A DNA stretch of 64,000 nt, taken from the NCBI GenBank assembly GCA_963733095.1, contig CAVTBV010000016.1, positions 96,001 through 160,000 of the forward strand, written 5' to 3'. Origin of the DNA: Candidatus Bathyarchaeota archaeon. Its GTDB lineage: Archaea > Thermoproteota > Bathyarchaeia > Bathyarchaeales > Bathycorpusculaceae. A model generated the notes under the pieces. That model did not search any database. It saw only the letters and a list, made by a program, of their open reading frames with translations, and was not told where the DNA came from. Position numbers and translations under genes: made by a program. This document shows positions 57,501 through 64,000 of this stretch, in pieces (position 1 is the first letter of the stretch; the number at the start of each line of letters is the position of its first letter).

Positions 57501-58863
57501 CGAGAAGTCTGTTTTCTTCATCCAGACATTCTTTTCGGTCATCGGGAAGACGTGCAATTATATGTGATACAGCCAATGGGTCACCTTTGAGACGTGTGCA
57601 ATCCACCCTTGCACTTATCATCGAAGTAACATCCAACATATAGTCGCGTTCAACGAAAAGGTAAACGCGGATCATACTGTCTGGGCAAAACAGGAGTGCG
57701 GAGTCCACACCGTTTTGGGCGCTATCTTCGGGAAGACCGCCATACCCTGTTCCCGTCAGCCATGGCATATACTTGCTCTTACTTGCATTGGAGCTACTGG
57801 GACGGATTCCACCAAGCATATATTGAGCACGCTGAACCAACCAATCCAACTTGGCGCCAACAACTCGGTCGGTAGCCAGTAAACGCACCGTCTCAGCATC
57901 TAACGCCGGAATACTCTTGAAGTCGTAGGGACGTAAATCGTTGGAGTCCATCACAACTTTAAGCCGTGCCAAATCCTCAAGCCGCTTAACTCCATAATGC
58001 CCAAACGCCCTCTGTTCACCCCTGCTCAAGTTAAGCAACGCAATACTCTCGTTTTCAACCGAACACACAATACAATATTCATTGAATCCACAGTTGTCGC
58101 ATCTTGAACAAAGCTGATACTCAACATCTGGCAAAGGAGTTTTATGAATGCGATTCAACTCACCATTTTCCGCAAGCAGGCGTTCAACATCCTGAAGTAG
58201 GGGGCTTAGCTTGAATTTGGGCAGCTTTTCTGGGGTGAGTTTTTCTAAATTTGTCTCTCTGTTGATAACTCCGCCTTCAATGTCAATTTTAGATAATAGA
58301 GGCGCTAATTCTTTTGATAGAAGCAGCACATAGATGGCTACTTGGATTCGGTGAGCAGTCTGCTCTAGCCAAGAAGACTTGAGTTCAAAAATTCTAACTT
58401 TTCCTTTTCCGTCTTTGCTGGGCCAAAGGGCAATCAAATCAGCAATGCCTTTTACGTCCCAAACCCCGATTTTACCCATCATAGGAACCTGATAGAGCAA
58501 AACAGGTTTACTATCAACTTTTTCTTTGGAGGAAATCTGTTCCTCAATGATTGCACGCAGATTTTTGAAGGCAGCCTGGTCGTTTTCAGCATACTTGGTA
58601 AAGTCGTGGTATTCGGCGGCTTTGGCTTTGAGTTCGGATACCTTTTTTTCCTCAAGCGTTTTCCCAACACCATAGAGCAGGGGGCTGATGGGCTTAAAAG
58701 CGGGCCACTTACGGTTTTCTTCTTCGTCATCGTCTTGGAGTCTTAGTTTAAAGAATCTAGGGCAGCAGTTGAAGCGGATGTACTCGGCTATTCCTGAGGC
58801 AGTTAAGGAATCTTTGCTTCGCTTCTTTTTGTTTGAATGCTGCAAATTATCGTCGTTACTCAA
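54553..58863 (-). CDS. Large PD-(D/E)XK (Cas4/RecB-like) nuclease fused to a DNA2/NAM7-type SF1 helicase
   Basis: G.ADL...ELK....H..QV.IY nuclease motif with N-terminal CCPR and CSRCDNCGFNEYC; QGPPGTGKT, DEAS, GDHRQLPP, TVERYQGGEAD, NRINVAISR. Confidence 0.88.
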   Translation of the reverse strand: MSNDDNLQHSNKKKRSKDSLTASGIAEYIRFNCCPRFFKLRLQDDDEEENRKWPAFKPISPLLYGVGKTLEEKKVSELKAKAAEYHDFTKYAENDQAAFKNLRAIIEEQISSKEKVDSKPVLLYQVPMMGKIGVWDVKGIADLIALWPSKDGKGKVRIFELKSSWLEQTAHRIQVAIYVLLLSKELAPLLSKIDIEGGVINRETNLEKLTPEKLPKFKLSPLLQDVERLLAENGELNRIHKTPLPDVEYQLCSRCDNCGFNEYCIVCSVENESIALLNLSRGEQRAFGHYGVKRLEDLARLKVVMDSNDLRPYDFKSIPALDAETVRLLATDRVVGAKLDWLVQRAQYMLGGIRPSSSNASKSKYMPWLTGTGYGGLPEDSAQNGVDSALLFCPDSMIRVYLFVERDYMLDVTSMISARVDCTRLKGDPLAVSHIIARLPDDRKECLDEENRLLEAFFKDLTVAITKVANEIGSPDEVPIHLYFFSRGERDILMEAVRRQPTLLGAMAIRDLLGLRQAIDQPMFSIIQDEVVHRKALKFHSTGLLPILEQSCFFESNKAWLAKRKDGSTVDLRLVFRDGLFNFLLPFRRNPDGPIHFLEGGNGHIDGYYPARARFGNQIPIEYFWAAKNRLDNYPTKVLLEKHKWCDYVQKTRRITDEELNLMGLKLCMALELIERSLTIRNRRLGKKPIAVPTIANFSLGAATLERGCREFLDLEYFSKRQEMYQHYALLPYQRVASGRSLIFECTGIDESDKDFVVRGKLVYEGIGLPKADCVANACRVKGADGSSSGDWMVVTELKRSEQGQFEEAQKRSPSEVEKSARAIVEKVDVRKGELVINVVSWPSGKGRKYSAWHNLPTTDSEKAKSKYMQLFEVGRLYILDELADDIISDRAAKCLDYHANNVLYGLLAGFLAGKSEASLHTALPKNAALPFLRWVAGRRFSPKAEQQRFIERVFGKEQIVMLQGPPGTGKTETLQLTVLAHVAAHRAVGRCRVLMVAPTHKAIHEFVSKLARCWQEYCREGCNDLKDLNIYRVLSSSTSSAKPIDGVTYVNYNEDEDTLQELTDCLMNQSTLTPIASGSEPLILCLTPPGLYGLMKKIGDSEPPWGEGFFDLLVVDEASMMRLPELILSGSFLTKGSQILVAGDHRQLPPIQAHNWEKEDRRTLEEMASFLSAMDFLRLLRQEDLGIERISCKHPADIPAERLCESHRCHSVVAEFLREWVYEKDKIDFRSDQKRTLATSAPKTNGLGVVLEPENVFVLIVHDEAESFQSNLVEASIVEALARNVKSEGIGVITPHNAQKGLLKNMLAEGCENARIDTVERYQGGEADCIIISSTVSDPDYVRSESDFLLNLNRINVAISRMKKKLIIIASRSIFEFMPQDAKDYDKALLWRGISQTVGFTADSAAQWTGALSEFLGQTASSVKVEVYVKSDNKA

Positions 58864-59339
58864 CTGGTTGCCGCCTTTGCAAATGCTCGTAACCTAACTT
58901 ATCCATCGGATTATTGTATTTACCTTCACTATCGTTTAAAGACATTACCAAAAAAGCGACTTTCCACAAACTACACTTCCACAAGCAAAATAGGAACCAT
59001 CAAACTCGGCGAAGACTCATGCATTTCCGCAGGACTTGCTTTATCTTCAAACGCCATACGAAGATGGCAATTTTTCTTTAAAATACAGTATTCACAACTT
59101 ACGGTTTCTTTTTGGGTTTGACAATCCAACACTATTTGGGCAAACATACTTTCTCAACCTCGGGAAACCACCATAGAGCACAACCCGCTTATAGGCAATG
59201 TCAACTGTGAGACGGCATTTTCGGTTGGTTGCTTTTTGTTTTTTCTTGGTTGTCTTGAACATGAAAATGAGCAAGAAAACGTTTTCAAGGGGTTTAGACC
59301 CAAGGTTTGCCCTTAAATCCATCAGCGGTGCATGTTTGT

Positions 59340-59663
59340 TTATTTTGGTTTTTCGATTTCTATGAAGATTTTTCCTTTTTCAACTTTGCACAGGTAAGTC
59401 TGAAGCGGGGTCTGTTTGTTTTCGGTGTATTCGCCTGTTCTTATGTCGAATTTCCATCCGTGGCAGGGACACATTACAAGGAAGTCTGTTAAGATGCCGT
59501 GTTCAAAGGTGCAGCCCATGTGTGGACAAACATTATGCATTCCAAATATTTCGCCGCCTTGCCGAACAAGCAAGATTGGTCTGCCCTTTACCCGTATGGC
59601 CTTCATGTGGCCTTCTTTGAGTTCGCCCTCTTTTATGGATGATACAAAACCGTCTTTACTCAT
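59340..59663 (-). CDS. Rieske [2Fe-2S] ferredoxin
   Basis: CPHMG and CPCHGWKFD. Confidence 0.9.
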   Translation of the reverse strand: MSKDGFVSSIKEGELKEGHMKAIRVKGRPILLVRQGGEIFGMHNVCPHMGCTFEHGILTDFLVMCPCHGWKFDIRTGEYTENKQTPLQTYLCKVEKGKIFIEIEKPK

Positions 59664-59813
59664 GTTTTCTCATTATACACTTGCCGTTTAAGCTCAAAAA
59701 CTTGTCTACCCAACCGAAAATTAAAGATACTAATCCAGATTGGGCTAACTGTATATAATAGTGTATAACAAACTGTTTAAACACACATCCTACGTGGGTC
59801 CATGCTCTAAAGC

Positions 59814-60947
59814 TCAAGGTGCTTTTTGAGCACTGTTCTTGCTGTTGTGAAGTTCGCCCAACCGCAGCAACGTTTCCTTGTAAACCGCAATCGAAGCCAA
59901 GTATTCATTCACCTTAATGTGTTCATCTAAGGTGTGATCGAGGTGGGAGTCGCCTGGTCCGTAAGTTACGATGGGTAGGTTCATAGCTTTGCCCAGAATG
60001 TTCATGTCGCCTGTGCCTGTTTTGTGAAGAAGCTTTGCAGGCTTATTTAGAACTTTGCGAACAGACGACGATAACACATGGACTAGCGGTGAAGCTTTGT
60101 TAACTTCGAAGGGTTCAACAGTGTCAAGAACAGTTGCTTTCACTGACACTTTTGGGTTGGCAGCTTGGTACTTGGCAATTATCTTCGCTATTTGCTCATG
60201 AACTTGGGCGGTAGAGAATTGGATTGGGACTCGTATGTCAAGGTTCATCTCAGCCTCGAAGGGTACGACAGAAGTTGCTCTGCCGCCAACCAATTTAACC
60301 AAACATGCCGTGACAGCATTATATGGGCTAGCAGACGGATCAAGCGACGGATATGAAGATGCGTTTTTGATTTGTTTCCAAAGCTCAAAGGCTTTTTCCA
60401 AAGAGTTATCGTAGAACCAGGGAGTAGAGGCATGGCCTGTTTCAGTTTTGAGGAAGATTTTCAGTTGAATTTGCCCTTTGTATCCAATTGTCACGTTTTC
60501 GACCCCACTTGGTTCTCCAAAGATTGCGTAGTCAGCTGTAATTCCTTGAGTGATTAGGTGTTTGACGCCGCGACTTGTAGCTTCTTCTTCGACGACGGCG
60601 GCAACCAAGATTTTTCCTTTAAAGTTAGGCTCTTTAGCAGCCTCAACGGCAGCCATAATCATGGCGGCAAGCGGACCCTTTGCATCCACTGCACCTCGAG
60701 CATAGATTTTTCCTTCATCTATGCGAAGTGGCAGATGCCCTGCCACGGTATCCATGTGACCGCATAATAGAATAACTGGTTCGCCTTCGCCGACGACACC
60801 AATTACGTTTCCTATGGCGTCTTTGCCAACCTCAAAACCCATCTTGTTCATTTCAAGATCTAAAAAGTTAGATGCATCCTCTTCTTTCCCAGAGGGACTG
60901 TAGATACCTAAGAGGTTAGTTAGAAAACGTACCGCTTGCTCGCTCAT
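59814..60947 (-). CDS. lysK: [LysW]-lysine/ornithine hydrolase (M20)
   Basis: GHMDTV, RGAVDAKG, EEE, GEPS, YGPGDS..DH..DEH. Confidence 0.9.
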   Translation of the reverse strand: MSEQAVRFLTNLLGIYSPSGKEEDASNFLDLEMNKMGFEVGKDAIGNVIGVVGEGEPVILLCGHMDTVAGHLPLRIDEGKIYARGAVDAKGPLAAMIMAAVEAAKEPNFKGKILVAAVVEEEATSRGVKHLITQGITADYAIFGEPSGVENVTIGYKGQIQLKIFLKTETGHASTPWFYDNSLEKAFELWKQIKNASSYPSLDPSASPYNAVTACLVKLVGGRATSVVPFEAEMNLDIRVPIQFSTAQVHEQIAKIIAKYQAANPKVSVKATVLDTVEPFEVNKASPLVHVLSSSVRKVLNKPAKLLHKTGTGDMNILGKAMNLPIVTYGPGDSHLDHTLDEHIKVNEYLASIAVYKETLLRLGELHNSKNSAQKAP

Positions 60948-62127
60948 TCTCTTCCTCTCCCAAAACAGAATCTAAAACTTCGATAGCTTTATCGATTTGC
61001 TCTTTCTCGATTACAAGTGGCGGCAGTAAACGAACCACAGTTCTGCCTGCATCCAACACTAAAACGCCTCTGTCAAGCGCTTTTAGAATTACATTGTGAA
61101 CGTCATAACGGAGTTCCATTCCAAGCATTAAGCCCAAGCCGCGGACTTCTTTGATGATTTTATGCTTAGACTGCAGCCCTTCCAGCTTAGATTTGAAGTA
61201 ATTGCCATTGATAGCTGCTTTGCCAGCGAGGTCTTCTTCCAAAAGTACGTCGATAGCGGCGCATCCTGCTGCACAAACCAATGGGCTTCCGCTGAAAGTC
61301 GTTGAATGCTCGCCGATTTTGAGCGAGGACATAATGTTTTCTTTAGCTACAGTTATGCCGATAGGTAATCCCCCTGCAAAGGGCTTTGCCAAACACATAA
61401 CATCGGGTGTGACGCCCCAATTTTGACCCCCGAACAGCTTACCTGTGCGCCCAAAACTTGTTTGCACCTCATCGAACATTAGCAGAATGCCTTTTTCGTC
61501 GCAGATTTCCCGCACTGCCTGCAAGTATCCGTCAGGTGGAACACGTACACCGCCTTCACCGCGTATCGGCTCCATGAGTACCGCGGCTGTTTTGTCGGTT
61601 ATGGATTCGCGGATTTTGTCAGCATTATCAGGAGCAACGTGTTTGATATCTGGGATGAGTGGGAGGAAGGGTTCGCGATATTTTTTGTCCCATGTTACCG
61701 ATAGGGCGCCCATGGTTTTGCCGTGGAATGCCCCCATTAACGCGATGATTTCTGTTTTGCCCGTGTATTTGCGGGCGAGTTTTATGGCGCATTCGACGGA
61801 TTCGGCGCCGCTGTTAGAGAGAAATGCTTTGTCTAAGCCTTTGGGAGTTATCTTGACTAGTTTTTCTATGAATTCGGCACGTTTATCGTTAAAGTAGCAG
61901 CTGTGGCATGTGATAAGTTCTTCAGCCTGAGCCTTCACTGCCGCCACAATTTTTGGGTGACAATGACCCAATGCTGCAACGCCGTAGCTGCTGGCGCAAT
62001 CCACGTATTCTCTTTCGTTAATGTCCCATAGAAGCGCGCCCTTGCCATGAGTGATAACGACGTTTTTTTTGGAGAAGACATTCGCTAAATAGCGGTTTTC
62101 AGTTTCCATTATTTCTTTGTCATTCAC
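60916..62127 (-). CDS. lysJ: [LysW]-aminoadipate/glutamate semialdehyde aminotransferase (class III)
   Basis: SGAESVECAIK, FHGKT, DEVQT.FGRTG, AK, HSTTF. Confidence 0.9.
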   Translation of the reverse strand: MNDKEIMETENRYLANVFSKKNVVITHGKGALLWDINEREYVDCASSYGVAALGHCHPKIVAAVKAQAEELITCHSCYFNDKRAEFIEKLVKITPKGLDKAFLSNSGAESVECAIKLARKYTGKTEIIALMGAFHGKTMGALSVTWDKKYREPFLPLIPDIKHVAPDNADKIRESITDKTAAVLMEPIRGEGGVRVPPDGYLQAVREICDEKGILLMFDEVQTSFGRTGKLFGGQNWGVTPDVMCLAKPFAGGLPIGITVAKENIMSSLKIGEHSTTFSGSPLVCAAGCAAIDVLLEEDLAGKAAINGNYFKSKLEGLQSKHKIIKEVRGLGLMLGMELRYDVHNVILKALDRGVLVLDAGRTVVRLLPPLVIEKEQIDKAIEVLDSVLGEEENERASGTFSN

Positions 62128-62929
62128 TTGTTATCACTGTACCAACTTGATGATTTAGAGCGGAAGTGATGGGTTGTTTTGCCGTGCCGGAGGTAACGAG
62201 GACTTCTTTGACACCTTGGTTTAAGGCTTCCAAGCCTGCGTGGACTTTGGTGCTCATACCGCCGCCAATTTTGGAGAGGACTTCTTTTACTTCTGTAGCG
62301 GCGATTTTTGGAACCCGCTCGCCCTTGAGCATCAAACCTTCAACATCAGTAAGCAGAATTAGTTTGTCAGCTTTGAGGGCACCTGCAATTATGGCTGCAG
62401 TTCTGTCGCCATCAACGTTTAGCGGCTCAAAGTCCTGGCTCAAAGCTACAGGAGTTACGATTGGCATGTAACCATTCGCAAGCAACAAATTCAGCAGTTG
62501 AGTGTTGACCTGGGTAATTTTGCCCGTGTAGCCGCCATCCATGACCTTCTTTCTACCACGTTCGTCCACTGCAATCAGCTTGATTTTTCGTTCAGCTTTC
62601 AATATTCCAGCGTCAAGCCCACTCAAACCGACAGCAGGGATACCTTGGCTTTGCAAGGCTAATACTATTTGCTTGTTGATTTTGCCCGCCATAACCATTG
62701 TGTAGATTTCGATGGTTTCTTTGTCGGTGTAGCGACTGCGGAAACCTTCGGGTGAGATTATGAATTTTTGTTCTTTGCCCAGTTTTGAGGCGATTTCGGT
62801 GACTTCTACTCCTCCTCCGTGAACTAGGATGATTTTGTTTTCTTTGGCGACTTCTTTGAGGTCAGAGATTAGATCTGTGGATGCACCTTCTTTCAGGATG
62901 CTTCCGCCCATCTTAATGACGAGTAACAT
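62120..62929 (-). CDS. lysZ: [LysW]-aminoadipate/glutamate kinase
   Basis: VIKMGGS, VHGGG, SRYTD, NVDGDR, GGM..K; start placed at ATG 62929. Confidence 0.9.
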   Translation of the reverse strand: MLLVIKMGGSILKEGASTDLISDLKEVAKENKIILVHGGGVEVTEIASKLGKEQKFIISPEGFRSRYTDKETIEIYTMVMAGKINKQIVLALQSQGIPAVGLSGLDAGILKAERKIKLIAVDERGRKKVMDGGYTGKITQVNTQLLNLLLANGYMPIVTPVALSQDFEPLNVDGDRTAAIIAGALKADKLILLTDVEGLMLKGERVPKIAATEVKEVLSKIGGGMSTKVHAGLEALNQGVKEVLVTSGTAKQPITSALNHQVGTVITSE

Positions 62930-62934
62930 GGCAA

Positions 62935-63987
62935 TCAGACCGGATGGAACCCAGTGCTCTTGAGGCCTGTGGTCTCGTCTATTCCCATGAGTAAGTTGAG
63001 GCATTGAACGCCTTGCCCTGCGGCACCTTTGGTCATGTTGTCGATGGCTGAGAACAATATGAGGCGGTTTGCATGTTCATCGATTTCAAAGCCAACATCG
63101 CAGAAGTTTGTGCCCATGACTATTTTGGGGTCGGGCAGCTGGTAGGGTCCCTTCTGGTACTTCACTAAACGCACGAAGGGTTCGGTGCCGTACATACCAC
63201 GTAGGGCTTTCCAGAGGTCTTTACTTGTGATGGGTTGTTTGGGGAACGCGTGGATTGTTGAAAGGATGCCGCGTACCATGTTTACGGCGTGGGGTGTAAA
63301 GCCGATTTTGACTGGTTCGCTACTAAGAGCTGTCAGTTCCTGTTCGACTTCGGCAGTGTGACGGTGCCCCGCGACTTGGTAGGGGCGAACTCCACTGAAG
63401 CGTTCAGGGTGATGCGAAGCAGGGGTTGGTTTGCTGCCGCCTCCTGAGGAACCCACTTTGAGGTCAACTATAATTTTATCAGTGTATATGAGGTCTGCGT
63501 GTACTATGGGGGCTAAGCCAAGGATTGCGGATGTTGCCATGCAGCCGGGGCAAGCTACGAGTTTGGCAGCTTTGATTTCGTCTCGATGAAGCTCGGGCAA
63601 ACCGTACGCCGCTTCTTTTAGCATTTCGGGGTGAGCATGCGTCCAGCCATAGTAAGATTCGTAGTCAGCTGGGTTTTTAAGCCGAAAATCTGCGCTCATG
63701 TCGATAACTTTTAGGCCTGCTTCCAAAAGTTTAGGCACTAGGTTCACCGAGCCGCCGTGTGGGGTAGCAGTGAAGACTAAGTCGCAGTTCTTTTGGAGCT
63801 CAGCCATGTCTTGGGGTACAAATTTTAGTTGAGTTAAACCTCGAAGGTTCGGGTGCACGTTAAAGACGTATTCTCCTGCGCTTTGACGCGAAGTCACCAT
63901 GGTGACCTCTACTTCTGGGTGCATAAGCAGCAGTCGCAACAGTTCACTGCCAACGTATCCTGAACCGCCTATTATTCCAATTCGCAT
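62935..63987 (-). CDS. lysY: [LysW]-phosphate reductase (ArgC/LysY)
   Basis: GGSGYVG, SADFRL, YGLPE, PGC, HRH..E, DN..KGAAGQ. Confidence 0.92.
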   Translation of the reverse strand: MRIGIIGGSGYVGSELLRLLLMHPEVEVTMVTSRQSAGEYVFNVHPNLRGLTQLKFVPQDMAELQKNCDLVFTATPHGGSVNLVPKLLEAGLKVIDMSADFRLKNPADYESYYGWTHAHPEMLKEAAYGLPELHRDEIKAAKLVACPGCMATSAILGLAPIVHADLIYTDKIIVDLKVGSSGGGSKPTPASHHPERFSGVRPYQVAGHRHTAEVEQELTALSSEPVKIGFTPHAVNMVRGILSTIHAFPKQPITSKDLWKALRGMYGTEPFVRLVKYQKGPYQLPDPKIVMGTNFCDVGFEIDEHANRLILFSAIDNMTKGAAGQGVQCLNLLMGIDETTGLKSTGFHPV

Positions 63988-64000
63988 TTGTTTTTCCTCT

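Noticed and set aside
58864-59339. Short ORFs and intergenic sequence upstream of the nuclease-helicase
   Set aside because: No recognisable protein motif, repeat or stable structure seen.
2873-62471. Numerous 60-190 aa ORFs antisense or frame-shifted within called genes
   Set aside because: Shadow ORFs of well-conserved genes with no motifs or independent signals.

Overview
Archaeal chromosome segment, most likely Bathyarchaeia (inferred from the archaeal-type pathways, frequent TTG/GTG starts and BRE/TATA promoters). It is dominated by an amino-acid biosynthesis supercluster: ilvD(3' end)-ilvB-ilvN-leuCDB-leuA-pheA; an 11-gene aromatic operon using the archaeal aspartate-semialdehyde/DKFP route (aspartokinase, aroA', aroB', aroD, aroE, aroK, aroA, aroC, chorismate mutase, aminotransferase, tyrA); the methanogen-type homocysteine module (MA1821/MA1822/ApbE-like); argG-argH-carA-carB; thrC-hom-lysC; and lysY-lysZ-lysJ-lysK. 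Also present are a CbiMNQO Co/Ni ECF transporter, two surface beta-propeller proteins, a group 3b NiFe hydrogenase with fused beta-gamma subunits, a Pat-type acetyltransferase, a site-2 protease flanked by two arrestin/Spo0M-like zinc-ribbon paralogs, and a large nuclease-SF1 helicase. The top finding is a 28-codon leader ORF ending in FDYYFYYYHFH directly upstream of the aromatic operon. It is followed by two mutually exclusive hairpins, one of which would bury the downstream ribosome-binding site, which suggests a Phe/Tyr-sensing, ribosome-mediated attenuator in an archaeon. Other candidates are a structured ~90-nt ncRNA upstream of ilvB, near-cognate start codons (argG ATT, argH ACG, pat ATA), several operator-like palindromes and three disrupted genes. 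I saw no rRNA, tRNA, CRISPR array or IS element. All protein calls come from motif recognition by eye, not database searches, and no folding energies were computed.
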